This document shows positions 29,239-45,309 of a stretch of 64,000 bases of DNA, piece by piece (position 1 is the first letter of the stretch; every line of letters begins with the position of its first letter). The notes beneath the pieces are model-generated. The model had not been told where the DNA came from. It was given only the letters and a program-made list of their open reading frames with translations, and did no database searches. The DNA lies in assembly GCF_009914755.1 (NCBI RefSeq), contig NC_060927.1; one strand, 5' to 3'. This stretch comes from the human T2T-CHM13v2.0 reference genome, Homo sapiens. The position numbers and the translations under genes were made by a program.

Positions 29239-29809
29239 GAGAAAGTCAGATAAGATTCCCCTTTCCCCCGAGACAGAAGAACCAGGAAGCAGGAAGCAGG
29301 CTGGGGAGAGGGTAAAAGTGTTGTGGACCTTCTTGTCTATGCAGGGTGCTGGTGTCCTTAAAATCCACTCCGTGCGTGAGGGTCCACTCGGTGTCAGTAC
29401 TGAATCTCCCTCCACCCAATGGCAGTTTAAACCACAGGGAGAGGGTCCCTGTCAGCCCCACTGAGCTCTCAAAGGGCCCCTCTGGAAGTGCCAGCCCTTT
29501 GAGAGGAGGTGCCTCCCTCAGAGCTGGCATCCACTGGCACCAGACAAGGCCAGAATTGTTTCTGACCCATGACCTGTGGTAGAGCTTGGCATCTCTTCTC
29601 TTGAATCCGGGGCTCCAGCCTCAGCCTGCTGGGCTGGGTTAAGAGACCATAGGGAAAGGGCCTCAGGCACCAGAACAAAACCTAGGAACAGAGAGAGCCC
29701 CCACCAGCGTCAACCCAGGCCAGGCCTCAGGAGCTGTGCAGCCCTAGGTGCAGGCCGGGCAACCTTGGCTTGTTCATCTCCCTTTGGAGCAGTGTAGTGA
29801 GGAGGTACC

Positions 29810-31228
<1,419 letters not shown>

Positions 31229-32215
31229 AGAAAAGCAGTTAAGATTCTCCTTCCCCCCAAGATAGCAGGACCAGGAAGTAAGAAGTGGGCTGGGGACAGG
31301 ATGGGAGTGTTGTGGACCCCTTTTCTCTTCAGTTTGCTGCCGTTTTTAAATCCACTTTGGGGATGAGATTCCCCCAGGTGTCAATACTGAATCTCCCTCC
31401 ACTTAATGCCAGTTTGCAACCCCAGAGAGAGGGTCCCTGTGGGCCCTGCTTGTGCTCCTTCAGAGTCTGTCTTCCCCTCCTTGCTGCCATCCACTCTCTG
31501 GAAGTGCCAGCCCTGTGAGTGAAGACGCCTTCCCCACTCCTGGCTTCCACTGGCCTTGGAGAAGGCCAGAATTGTTTCTGGCTCATGTCCTGCAGTAGAG
31601 CTTGACGTCTCTAATCTAGAAGCCAGGGATCCAAGTCTCAGTGAGATGGGCTGAGTCAAGGGACCATAGAGAAGGGGTTCCAGGTACCAGGGAAAACTCA
31701 CAAACAAAGAAAGCTCCCTCCTGTGTCCACACAGGCCGGGCCTCAGGAGCCACGCAGCCCTAGGTGCAGGCCGGGCAACCTTGACTTGTTCATCTCCCTT
31801 TGCAGCCAGTGGCTTCCTTTTGGGAGAATATTCTTCTTGGCATGGAATGACAGCCATGGAGGGTGGGTAGCAGGCCTGAGCAGGGTAGGCTCTTTAGTGG
31901 CAGCCCAGAGAGGAGGAACAGGCAGTGGGGGGCTTTCCAGCTCCACCGTCCAGGTTAGGCCACTGAGGCTGCAAAGAGATTGAGTAGCATCCCCAATGAT
32001 ATCTAGACAGGAAGGGATGGCAAAGATTTGCTGTTTACCCCGTCCCAGGCTGCCCCACACACACCCAGCCACTTCCCAGTTTTCTGCTTTGTCCCCCTTC
32101 TTAGGTTCTGAAGTTATCTTGTTTTACACCTGTCACTACCACTGGAGCAGGGACCTTGCCTCCCCCCACAGCCACACAGCCCTCGCACCCAGTAGGCCCT
32201 CAATCAATAGTTGTG

Positions 32216-33063
<848 letters not shown>

Positions 33064-33940
33064 TGTGGAATTGGTGAGATGGGATTCAAGCCCGAGGTGT
33101 GTCTGCAGAGCATTGGAAGTGCAGCTCTGGGTCCCTGAGGCTGCCCAGCAGAGCAGGCTTGGGGACCCACAGGGGGAGTGGACGCCTACTGTGACTCTCA
33201 GCAAGGCTGGTGGGACTGTCACTCACTAAGCTTATTTGCCCATCCAATCTTGGGGATCCTGAGCTCTCTACGGGACAAGGCTGGTGGGTTCACAGCTGCC
33301 CCTGAGGGTTTCCTCGGCAACCTCAAAGAAGACTCTGCTCCTTACTTGCCAGCACGTGTTACTAAAGAACGGGGGGCAGAGAGAATGGGGTAGTTATGGT
33401 GACAGGGGTAAGGAGAAGGCAAAGAGTTTTCCATTTTCAGTGATGGTAGCGGTGGCGGACACATGGCCCAGAGCACCATCTCTTCCTCCTGTCTGTCCCT
33501 TGCTTCCTCTGCCCTGCCACCTCTCCCTTCCTCCCCACCCAGCTCGCTGCAGTCCTCTCCTCCACCTTTCCAAGGTACATGCAGCTTGCTGCTCTCCTGA
33601 TACCCCGACTAAGGCTGTGGCTTCTGGTCCCTGCTGACTTCTTGGACTTTATTTCCCTGGCCCCCTCCCCCACCTCCTTTCTGTTTGTCCCAGCCCCACC
33701 CCCAACTCCCTCTCCCCCAGTTCTTCCTTTGCCATTCATAATCCCCCCATCCTGATTCCTCTTCTAGGTTTTCTCAAAGTTATCTTTTTATACACTTGCT
33801 AGTATCTGTTCTGTTTTCCCCCAGACCTCCTCCTGTGCAACACGGAATGATGAACATCTAGACACAGGAATCTCACTCCCAGCCTAGCCAGGACCCAGGT
33901 TTTGTGAAGGGGTGTTGGGCAGTAGAAAAAGCAAACCCCC

Positions 33941-34313
<373 letters not shown>

Positions 34314-35327
34314 TTACTTTCCTATATCCCAAGAATTCTTCCTGAAAAAGGTGGCCCCTGAGAGCCATCTAGAAGCATCACGGGGTGGAGGGGCAAGGGT
34401 CCTGAGAGCGGGTCTTGATGTCCCTTATCCCCAGTTTTCTTGAAGAAGCAGAGCTCCAGAGAAGAGGTAGGGCCCGTGGGGCGTTTGAGTTACACTCCAA
34501 GCCTAATTCTCCGTCCAGCAGTCCTGCCCCCAGAGGCTCCCTTCATCTGTCCACTTGGCCAAGGAAGGGGCAGGTCGCCCCACACCCCCCATCTGGCTGC
34601 AGAAGACAACCACCAGAAGGGTGTCCATGTAGCCGGGGCCCCAGAACCATGTCTGCATAGAAAGGGCCCAAGGAGCTAGAGCCCTTTAGCCTCAAGAAAA
34701 GTGTGAGGGACCCAGCATCCTTCTGAAACCTAAACTGAACTCTGGCCTGAGCCATTTTCACCGTCTGTGCCCTAGAAGGTTGTGAAGGCCTGGAAGTGGG
34801 TCTTCCTGCTTTCTCATCTTCTGAGGCTCAAGCCTTTCTCGGACTCCGTGGGTCCCACCCCGCTGGGCACTGCTGTTCCCTCCCTTAGAAGACTTTCACA
34901 GGCCCTGACCATCCCTTTTGCCAATCAAGTGAATGTCACCTCCTCAGGGAAGCCCTCCCTGAGCACCCCATCTGCAGTAGGGTCACCTCCATCTCCCACC
35001 CTCACTTTTCCTGGTGTTTCCTTCCTAGCCCCTATCTCTATGGAATGTTTTCTGCACTGATAGACTAGTCTCTCTCACCCACCCGGGGGCCAGCGTGTCT
35101 GTCTTCTCTGTCCCTGCACATGGGAGATGGTCAATGTTCACTTGTTGGCATCAATGTTCACTTGTTGGCATCAATGAAACAGGAAGGCCCCTGAGGTGCT
35201 GGGATTGGGAGCCCTTCACCCCAGTTGAGGAAGGAGGCTTGAGGAAGGGGAAAGGACCCGAGTTAGTGCCCTCTCCCTACCCCGAGGGTCAGCCCCGGGC
35301 AGGGCTGGTCACTACACCTTGGGACAT

Positions 35328-36230
35328 TGTGGGCAGCAAACCACCCAGGTGCCAAGGCAAGAGACCAAGGGCACAAGCTGTTCCAGTATAATAAAATATA
35401 TAGAATAAGAATAGTTATACTAGAAATAGATTATAGATATGATTATATATGAATATCATTAATCATTAGTTTGTAACATTACTCTTTATCCCAATATTAT
35501 AATCTTTGTTCTACAATTACAACCTAGGAAAACCCAGGCCACACAGAGCTAGGAGCTGAAGGGACACAGTGAGAAGTGACCAGAAGACAAATGTGAGCCC
35601 TCTGTTACGCCCGGCCAGGACCACTAGAGGGCTCCCTGGCCTAGCGGTAACGCCAACGCTTGTGGAAGCGCTGACTTCCACAATTCTGCAGGAGGACTTC
35701 CACTCCTTGTGGAAGGCCTGACATCAGTCAGTCCCGCCCGCAGCCATCCGGAGGCCTAACCATCTCCCTGTGATGCTGTGCTTCAGCGGTCACGCTCCTG
35801 GTCCGCTTTCATGTTCCACTCTGTACACCTGGCTCCGCCTTTTAGATAGCAGTAGCAGAATTAGTGAAAGTACTAAAAGTCTTTGAAATGCATAGAAGAA
35901 ATAATGGCATAAGCTGTCCCCCCTCTCTCTCTCCGCCTCCGCTGCCAAACAGGGAAGGGCCCCCTGTCCAGTGGACACGTGGCTTACATGACCTTATCAA
36001 TCATTGGAGATGACTCACACTCCTTACCCTGCCCCTTTTGCCTTGTATCCAATAAGTAACAGTGCAGCCAGGCATTCGGGGCCACTACCGGTCTCCGCAT
36101 CTAGGTGGTAGTGGTCCCCCGGGCCCAGCTGTTTTTTTCTGTCTCTTTTTCCTGTGTCTTTATTTCTACAATCTCTCGTCTCCGCAAACGAGGAGAAAAA
36201 CCCACAGACCCAGTAGGGCTGGACCCTACA
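35328..36230 (+). mobile_element. LTR13-like solo LTR
   Basis: tgtgggcagcaaaccacccaggtgcc...gggctggaccctaca. Degenerate 6-bp TSD ggacat/cgacgc; empty site gggcgc at ~43351. Confidence 0.8.
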
Positions 36231-36900
36231 CGACGCCTCTCCCCCTGTGCCCTTGATGGGTGGCCCGCAGGGGACGCGGCCGCACTCGGTCCGCTGTGGT
36301 CCTGGAGCAGCCGCGTCCTGGCTGGCGGCATTTAGGAAAGACAAACTCCAGAACCCAGGGCTCCAAAGGACCAATGCATGGGAAGGTCGGGAGGCTCAGG
36401 GGAGTGACCCCGCGTCTGGGCCAGCGCTTTGAGGCCCCTGTGGACCCAGTGGAGAGGGCCCGGGTGAGGCCTCTGGAGGCGCTGAACGGGGCCAGGAGCC
36501 GTGGGACGCACAGAGGGCGCCGGTCCCTGTGGGCACAGCAGCCCCTGGAGGGAGGTGGTCTCGGCCGCCCTCAGAAATCAGGCTCAGCCCGGGGGTCCCT
36601 GGCTCCGCCTCCCAGGCCGGGCTCTCTTTGCCCAGGCTGGGCGGGGCTGATGGCCGTTGGAAGCCCCGCCCCCCGCCGCTCACCGCCTCCTGGCCCCGCC
36701 CCCGTCTCCATGGAGACCCTACGCCGCCGGACACCTGTTAGCTGCTGCTCTGGAGCCTGGGGGCTTGACCAGGCTGTCCCCCGACTCGAGACACCGGGTT
36801 GCCTGTCCACGCCTCCACTCCCGGGCCACTTCCCCGCGGAGCAGGCAGTAGGGCAGTGAGGGATGGGAATCTTGTAACCAGAGAAGGGAACTGCCCCCAG
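36231..36900 (+). promoter_or_regulatory. CpG island-like block, copy 2, with GC boxes and X-box-like palindrome GTCTCCATGGAGAC (36704-36717)
   Basis: CpG-rich. CCCCGCCCC motifs directly precede the palindrome. Confidence 0.6.
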
Positions 36901-37314
36901 GCCGAGAGAGTTTGGAGCCTGGGGTACTGTCACCAACAGACCAGGACTCCCGCAGCTGGGCCCTCCCCTAGAGTGTTCCTGCAGCAGGGCTCTCCTCCCA
37001 AGGGGCTGTGAATGTTTCCCCAGGGTGGGGCTGAAGCCAGAACCCAGAGGTTTGCCCCTGGGGCACGGATTCCCCAGGTCATTCGCCTCCCACGGGCTGC
37101 AGTGAAGGAGGCTCTGAGGGGAGGATGGCCAGCTTTTCCCCTGCAAGGATATGAGCCCCAGGGAAGGCATTTCTGCTCTGGGGACTGCCTCCCTCCCCTA
37201 CATCAGAGCCAGCCCTCAAAAGCTTGGCCAAGCTGACCACTCTGTCTGTGATCTCTGCCAGAGAGGCTGAAAGAACATCCAGCCCCACCTGTGGCCCCTT
37301 CCCACCTCAGGCTA

Positions 37315-37822
37315 TATGACAGTATGACACCCCACCTATTTTTTTTCATTTCCACTGGAAACACTAGTAAAACAATTTTTCACCCTCTACCCCAGGGAGC
37401 GACCCCCACTAAACCAGCTGACTTGTGACCCCTGGGTCAATTTTGGCCAGAAGATGCTGCTGACACCATACAGAGAGCCTGGGCACCTGGGCCCCCTACA
37501 AGCCTGGTCATGGTGCCCATGGGATTTCAGGCCCCATGCATTTCCGAATCAGTATTTCCCCCACAAAAAAATACGCATGTAATTATCCCATGGCCACGTA
37601 CCTAATCCTGGGGTACAGGAAAAGTGCAGAGGAAGAAGGGCTCCATCACTGGAGCACAGTCCCTTCCTCCTGGGGGTCCCACCTGTTCTTCCCCATCTGA
37701 CAAAGTCCACCTTCCCCATGGAACCAAAGAGGGCTCAAAGGGAGCCAGCTGTTCACACTTTTTAATTTTCAGCTGCCTGACGAGGGCCAGAAGTCAGGGC
37801 AGAAGACCACCATTCCTGCCCC
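37315..37822 (+). pseudogene. MARK/SMOK-like kinase 3' fragment 5
   Basis: Kinase C-lobe end (DPWVN) and UBA-like MGFQA...NYPMATYLIL. 5'-truncated. Confidence 0.7.
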
Positions 37823-38766
37823 AGAACTCTTCCTGGGCCTGGGAGTGCCAGTGCCCCACCATGGACATATGGAGCTTCCATGTCATTCTCTATTCCATGG
37901 TGGCTGGACCCTGCCCTTCTACTCAGGGAGCCCTACAGACCTCAATAATAAAACTATCACAAGAAAATATCATGTCCCACCATTTTTTCCCTTCAACTTG
38001 AAAGACTGATTAAAAAGTTATTAACACTAGACCCCAGGGAGCAGCCCCCCACTGGAACAACTGATGAGGGACCCATGGGAGAACAGTGGTCGGGAGATGC
38101 CAGTGATACCATATGAAGTGCCACTCCTGGACCACCCAAGCCACAAACAACTCAGCTCATGATGGTCATGGGATTCCGGGCTGAGAACATCTCCGTGTCA
38201 ATAGTAGAAAGAAAATTCAACTATCCCATGGCCCCATACCTCATTTTAGAGCATCCAAAACAAAAGAGGAAGCACTCTACCCTCAGAGAACTGTCCCTTC
38301 CTCCTGGGGTTCCCACCTGTCTTTCCCTATCCACCGAAGTTTCCACCTTCCTGCTCCCACTGAAATGGACTCACAGCAAGCCAGCTTGTCACACTTTTAA
38401 AATTCAGCTGCCCAAGGACAGCCAGAAGTCAGGGCAGAAGACCACCATTCCTGCCAGTGCACCTGCTGGCCTGCAGAGGAAGCCAGACAGTTTTAGTGAC
38501 GCCCCCAGCATGACCCTGTGGCCTCCCCCTCCACTCAGAGCACCAGAAGCAGTGACAGAGACCCAGAAACGTCCCTGGCCCAGCGAGAACCATCGCAGAA
38601 AGCCAGCTTCCTCCAAGCTGGGCAGCCAGAGGCTGTGACGTCAGCCTCACCAAGAAACCAGGGCTGCCGCAGGGCTGCCAGAAGATGACTTTCATTTCTG
38701 CTAAGATTCGGTCACTTGAGCCCAGCGCAGAACATTCCAACCAATAAAATCACCCCAAAGAAGTAG
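37823..38766 (+). pseudogene. MARK/SMOK-like kinase 3' fragment 6 with its native C-terminal tail
   Basis: PELFLG..MDIWSFHVILYSMVAG..KKLLTLDPRE..LMRDPW..MGFRAENISVSIVERKFNYPMAPYLIL. AATAAA at 38743-38748. Confidence 0.75.
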
Positions 38767-38849
38767 TTGGACGGCAGTAGTGAAGACAAAAACCAAGTAG
38801 GTGGGGTAGTGAAACCACACTTCCTGCATTTTATGGTATTTATTATGTC

Positions 38850-39230
38850 TTTATTAGTATTATTTTAATTGGCAAATCATGCTTGTACACTTATGGGGTA
38901 CAATGTGAGGATTCGATAGATGTGTGCACCGTGGAATGAGGAAATCCCGCTACTCAGCATCTCCACCATCTCAGAGAGACCAATTCCACATGATGTCCTG
39001 GAAGTGTTGATCTGAAAAAGTTGACCCCATAGAAGTAGCAAGTAGATCGATGTTGAACTGGGGCTGGAGAGTGACAGAGGGAGGGAATGGGGGGTTGTCG
39101 GTTAAAGGACCAAAGTCTGGACTGGAGGAAGAGCTTTTGACATCTAGTGCACAGCAGGGTGACCAGATCAATGAGAATGTGTTGCGTTTTGCAAAACACC
39201 TGAGAGAGTCCATATCAAATGTCTCCCTGC
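38850..39230. mobile_element. Old L1M fragments
   Basis: Resembles L1 3' UTR sequence (tatggggtacaatgtga; atagaagtagcaagtagat). Confidence 0.5.
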
Positions 39231-40374
39231 ATTTAGATTGGAGAGGACGAAGGCCCTGAGGTCCAAGAACATTGAAACCTGACAGTGGATGCCAACAGCT
39301 GTGGGGAGGAGCCTGGTGAGACGCCCATGCTGCCACGTGCCCAGCAACGTTGGAGCCTGCAGCGCTTTTCCCCTGCCCTGCTCTATTTTATCTTTTTTAA
39401 TAAAGATGGCTCCTGATAAATGACCGTTTCCTGCAAATCTTGTAGTAGCATTGGAAAAGTGGCAGGTGGGTCACAGACACTCTGCTGCTTTGCGCCCTCC
39501 CTGCACAGAAAGGGGGCTGTGCACGCCCTAGTTTAGGCGGCATGCAGTCATATGATCCTCTCAGTTACTCAGAAAAATTGAAAGGAAAAGAGACCTCAGG
39601 GAAGTATCAGGATGACCCCACCCACAGCAAATCATTATTAGTGGCTCTGAAGGGCTGAGGCTCTGAGTGGGTGCAGGGCAGAGTCCCACACATTGCGCAT
39701 GGCCTCTCCACACTCACACTGCCTGGTGAACATTTTCAGAAGGACCAGCGGCCCCTTCAGGTCCCGTCTGCCTGTGTTAATCATGCTGAGAGGTTCCCAG
39801 GAGGATCCCGAAGGCCTGGGAACCAGTTGTGCTGGGGTCAGAGTGACGGGGGTGTGGTCCCCAAAGTGCCTTAGGGGGCCACTTGTTCTGCTGGGCTCCT
39901 GGCTGTCTAGTGTGGCATTGGCCTTTCTGCTGCGATGGTTTCCCCTTTTGCTAAAAGTGGCACGGAGCCATCCCCCCTCAGAGGCCTGACGGAGGAGTGA
40001 GCCTTCATCGAGGCCCAGGTTGAAGGGGTGCTTCTGGGTGAGGCAGGTGTCCTGGGGGTCTGGGGAGGGTTGATGGCAAGACACAGCAGCAGCCCCGAGG
40101 GATGGAGGGGGTGATGGGAATGGGGGCTTTCATAAGGCAGGTTCCAGTTTCCCAGGAACCCAGTGTTTCCATTTCAGGCAGTGAATCTATGGGTGCAGAT
40201 GCCCATCAGCACCTATCAGGGAGCTTCTTCATGGGTTCCTAAGGGGCCTGATGAAGGTCCAGAAGGCCCCGCCCATGTGCATGGCCAGTGGCTCGGTGTG
40301 CACAGCCTTGAACATATGGTGACCCTGCCCACTACTGATGGTGGTCAGGGACTATCCTGGAGTTCAACCAGTCA

Positions 40375-43300
40375 TATAAGATTCTCCTTCCCCAACAAAG
40401 AGCAGGAACGGGAAGCAAGAAGCAGGCTGGGGCAAGCATGGGAGTGTTGTGGAGCCTCTTGTCTCCCCAGTGTGCCACTGTCCTTTAAATCCACTTTGGG
40501 GTTGAGGGTCCCCCAGGTGTCAATACTGAATCTCCCTCCACCCAGTGCCAGTTTGCAACCCCAGAGAGAGGGTCCCTGTGGGTCCTGTTTGAGCTCCCCA
40601 CCAAGGGCCCCTCAGAGTCTGTGCCTCCAACTTGCTGCCGTGCCGTGTCCCCTCTGGGAGTGCCAGCCCTGTGAGAAGAGGAGCCTTCCCCAGGCCTGGC
40701 TTTCACTGGCATCGGACAAGTTGTTTCTGGCCTGTGCCCTGTGGTAGACCTTGACATCTCTTCTCTAGAAGCCTGGGCTCCAGGCTCAGCGAGCTGGGCT
40801 GAGTCAAGACACCATAGGGAAGGGGCTCCAGGCAACAGGGCAAAACCCACAGACAAAGCTCCTTCCAGTGTCCACCCAGGCCGGGCCTAAGGAGCCATGT
40901 GTCCCCAAGTGCAGGCCAGGCTACCTTGGCTTGTTCATCTCCCTTTGTGGCCAGCGGCCTCCTTTTAGAGGAACATTCTTCTTGGGAGGAATTGAGAGCC
41001 ATAGAGGGTGGGGAGCAGGCCTGAGAAGGGCAGACTCCCTAGAGACAGCCCAGAGAGCAGGGTCAGGCAGTGGGGAAGCTCAAACTCTACCAACCAGCTG
41101 AGGACACTGAGGTGCAAGAGAGATCGGGTAGCATTTTCCATGATATCCGGACAGGAACAGATGGCAAAGATTTGCTGTTTACCCCATCCCAGGCTGCACC
41201 GCACCCGCCCAGCCACTTCCCAGTTCTCTGCTTTGTCCCCCTTCTCAGGTTCTGAAATCATCCTGCTTTACACCTGTCACTCCCACTGAAGCAGGGACCT
41301 TGCCTCCCCCACAGCCACACAGGTCTCGCATCCAGTAGGCCCTCAGTCAATATTTGTGGAATCAGTGAGATGGGATTCAAGCCCGAGATGTGTCTGCAGA
41401 GCATTGGAAGTGCAGCCCTGGGTCCGAGAGGCCACCCAGTAGAGCAGGCCTGGGGACCCGCAGGGGCAGTGGACGCCTACTGTGACTCTGGGGAAGGCTG
41501 GTGGAACTGTCACTCACTAAGCTTATTTCCTCATCCAATCTTGGGGATCCTGAGCTCCCTACTTGGCAAGCCTCATGGGTTCACAGCTACCTCCAAGGGT
41601 TTCCTTCGCAAACTCAAATCAGACTGCTCCTTACTTGCCAGCACCTATTACTAAAGAAGGGGGAGCAGAAAGAATTGGGGTGTCATAGTGACAGTGGTAA
41701 GGAGAAGGCAAAGAGTTTTCCACTTCTGGCGATGGTAGCGGTGGCAGCCACCTGGCCCAGGGCACCATCTCTTTTCTCCTGTCTGTACCCTGCTTCCTCT
41801 GCCCTGCCACTTCCCCCTTCCTCCCCACTCCGCTCACTGCAGTCTTCTCTCCATCTTTCCAAGGTAGATGCAGCTTGCTGCTCTCCTGATGCCCCAACTA
41901 AGGCTATGGCTTCTGGTGCCTGCTGACCTCTTGGACTTTATTTCCCTGGCCCCTCCCCCACCTCCTTTCTGTTTGTCCCAGCCCCACCCCCAACTCCCTC
42001 TCCCCCAGCTCGTCCTTTGCCATTCATAATCCCCCCATCTTCATTCCTCTTCTAGGTTTTCTCTGGCTAAATTTTCTTTTATACACTTGCTAATATCTGT
42101 CTCCTTTTCCCTAGACTTCCTGTGCAACACGGAATGATGAAAATCTAGACACAGGAATCTCACTCCCAGCCTAGCCAGGACCCAGGTTTTGTGAAGGGGT
42201 GTGGGGCGGGAGAAAAAGCAAACCCCACCAAACCAACACCCAGTCTAGAGCCTGATCTAAGTGCCACTCAAAACACGTTTCCTCCCTTTACTTTCCTATA
42301 TCCTGATAATTCTTCCTGAAAAAGGTGGCCCCTGGGAACTGTCTAAAAGCATCATGGGATGGAAGGGCAAGGGTCCTGAGAGTTGGTCTTGCCATCCCTT
42401 TGTTTCCAGTTTTCTTGAAGAAGTCGAGCTCCAGGGAAGAGGTGGGGCCTGTGGGGCATTTTGATTACACTCCAAGTCTAATTCCCAGTCCAGCAATCCT
42501 GCCCCCAGAGGCTCCCTTCATCTGTCCACTTGGCCAAGGAAGGGGCGGGTTGGCCCACGACCCCTGCCTGGCTGCAGACAACATCAGAAGGGTGTCCATG
42601 TAGTGGGGGACCCAGAACAATGTCTGCATGGAAAGGGCCCAAGGAGCTGGAGCCCTTTAGCCTCAAGAAGAGCATGAGGCACCCAGCACCCTTCTGAAAC
42701 CTAAACCAAATTCTGGCCTGAGCCATTTTCACCGTCTGTGCCCTAGAAGGTTGTGAGGCCTCGAAGTGGGTCTCCCTGTTTCCCTGTCTTCTGAGGCCCA
42801 GGCCTTTCTCAGAGCCTCCATGGGTCCCACCCCTGTACCCATCACATGGTGTCTGGGCCCTGCCTGCCTGGCTCACACCCCTCACCCTGCTGCCCTATTT
42901 CCATCCCTGAAACAGTCCACTGGACACTGCCATTCCCTCTCTTAAAAGACTTTCACAGGCCCTGACCGTCCCTTGGTCAATCTAGTGAATGTCACCCCCT
43001 CAAAGAAACCCTCCCTGAGCACCCCATCCGCAGTAGGGTCACCCCCATCTTCCACCTTCACTTTTCCTGGTGTCTCCTTCCTAGCCCCTATCTCTATGGG
43101 AGTTTTCTTCAGATAGACTAGACTCCCTCGCCCACCCGGGGGGGCCAGCGGGTCTGTCTTCTCTGTCCCTGCACACCAGAGATGATCAATGATCAGTTGC
43201 TGACATCAGTGAAACAGGAAGGCCCCAGAGGTGCTGGGAGCCGTTCACTGCAGGTGAGAAGGAACCTTGAGGAAGTGGAGAGGACCCGAGTTAGTGTCCT

Positions 43301-44473
43301 CTCCCCACCCGAAGGGTCAGCTCCTGGCAGCTCTGCGACTCTGTGGCTTGGGGCGCCTCTCCCCTGTGCCCTTGACGGGTGGCCTGCAGGGGACGCGGCC
43401 GCACTCGGTCGGCTGTGGTCCTGCAGCAGCCGCGTCCGGGCGAGCGGCACTTAGGAAAGACAAACTCCAAAACCCAGGGCTCCAAAGGACCCATGGGAAG
43501 GTCGGGAGGCTCAGGAGAGTGACCCCGCGTCTGGGCCAGCGCTTTGAGGACCCTGTGGACCCAGCGGAGAGGGCCCGGGTGAGGGCTCTGGAGGCGCTGA
43601 GCAGGGCCGGGAGCCACGGGACCCGCAGAGGGCGCCCGTCCGCGTGGGGGCAGCAGCGTCTGGAGGGAGGTGGCCCCGGCCGCCCTCAGAAATCAGGCTC
43701 AGCCCGGGGGTCCCTGGCTCCGCCTCCCAGGCCGGGCTCTCTTTGCCCAGGCTGGGCGGGGCTGATGGCCGTTGGAAGCCCCGCCCCCCGCCGCTCACCA
43801 CCTTGTGGCCCCGCTTCCGTCTCCATGGAGACCCGATGCAGCTGGACAGCCTGTCAGCGGCTGCTCTGGAGCCTGGGGCCTGCTCCGTGCGCCCTGTCTG
43901 CCCTCCGCGGGCCGTGCTGTCCAGGCTGGCCCGACAGCCTGACTCGAGACACCGGGATGCCTGTCCACGCCTCCACTCCCGGGCCACTTCCCCGTGGGGC
44001 GGGCAGTGGGGCAGGGCGGGGTGGGAATCTGCTGCAACCAGGGAAGGGAATTGCCCCCCAGGCACAGAGAGTTTGGAGCCTGGGGTACTGTCACCAACAG
44101 CCCAGGACCCCGCAGCTGGGCCCTCCCCTAGAGTCTTCCTGCAGCAGGGCTCTCCTCCCGAAGGGCTGTGAATGTTCCTCGGAGGTGGGGCTAAGCTAGA
44201 GCCCAGAGGTTTGCCCTGGGCACGGATCCCCCAGGTCACTCGCCTCCCATGGGCTGCAGTGAAGGAGGCTTTGAAGGGAGGATGGCCGCCTCCTCCCCTG
44301 CAAGGATATGAGCCCCAGGGAAGGCATTCCTGCTCTGGGGATTGCCTCCCTCCCAGACATCACAGCCAGCCCTTGCAGAAGCTTGGCCAAGCTGACCACT
44401 CTGTCAGTGATCTCTGCAAGGGAAGCTGAAAGAACATCCAGCCCCAATTGTGTTCCCTTTCTGCCTCAGGCTA
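40375..44473 (+). repeat. Internal segmental duplication, copy B
   Basis: Paralogue of 31238-37314 without its four insertions. Confidence 0.9.
43350..44030 (+). promoter_or_regulatory. CpG island-like block, copy 3, with palindrome GTCTCCATGGAGAC (43819-43832)
   Basis: Same features as copy 2. Confidence 0.6.
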
Positions 44474-45267
44474 GGCCATATCTAGGCCTATCAGGGAAGT
44501 TGGTCTCTTCATGAGCCCCCCTGCACAGACGTCTAAATGTCCAGAGTCCCAACAGAATAACAAAGGGTTAAAAACCATCTCCATATTGAAGCAGGCCGAG
44601 CTGAAGGCTGACTTCTAGGGTGCCCTAGAATGGTGGAAGCTGCACACACCTGACACCACCTAGCAGAGTTGGCTTCCAGAGGAACCTTTCGGTGGGTACC
44701 CACTGACCACAGGATGCAGGCCTTCAAGATGTGCCTTCAAGACCTCTGTTCCTGATGTGCCGTCAGGACCTGCGCCATGGGCACCTGCTGGCCTCCCCAT
44801 TGCTGGAATCCATTTGTGCAGCCCCTGTGGTGATGTGCACACTGGGACTGGTGTTCCCAACTTGCCTGATCATAAAACCACTGGGGACCCGTTCCGTGGA
44901 ACCAATACTCTCCACACCTCAGGGGCCTTTCTTGTCCGTGCATCTGTACCTCTGTTACCTCTGTCTGGGATGCTTTTCCACTCAAATTTTGTCCCAAGAA
45001 AACCCCTTCTGCAACAAGAAAAGCAAATCAAAAGCCAACGGCATTTATTATATCTTTCCCAGGGGCCATAGGCTTGCAGGCCTACCTGGCCAGGCAGATG
45101 ATCCAAATCTGCCTGAGAGGCATGAGGTGAGGAGCTGGTGCTGGAGGGTATGGTGGCCCTGCCAGGGAGCATCTGTGGTTCCAGCGGCTGCAGCAAGCAG
45201 AATGGAGGCCTGGGGCTGCAAGACGTTTTGAAGAGACACAGGAATCAGCATTTTTGTACATGATCTT

Positions 45268-45270
<3 letters not shown>

Positions 45271-45306
<36 letters not shown>
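45271..45306 (+). repeat. (TG)18 microsatellite
   Basis: Read directly from the sequence. Confidence 0.95.

Positions 45307-45309
<3 letters not shown>

Noticed and set aside
43267-44199. 310-aa ORF and its paralogue at 36260-36859
   Set aside because: GC-rich island that is open in several frames on both strands. No recognisable domain, and the frame is not maintained between the copies.
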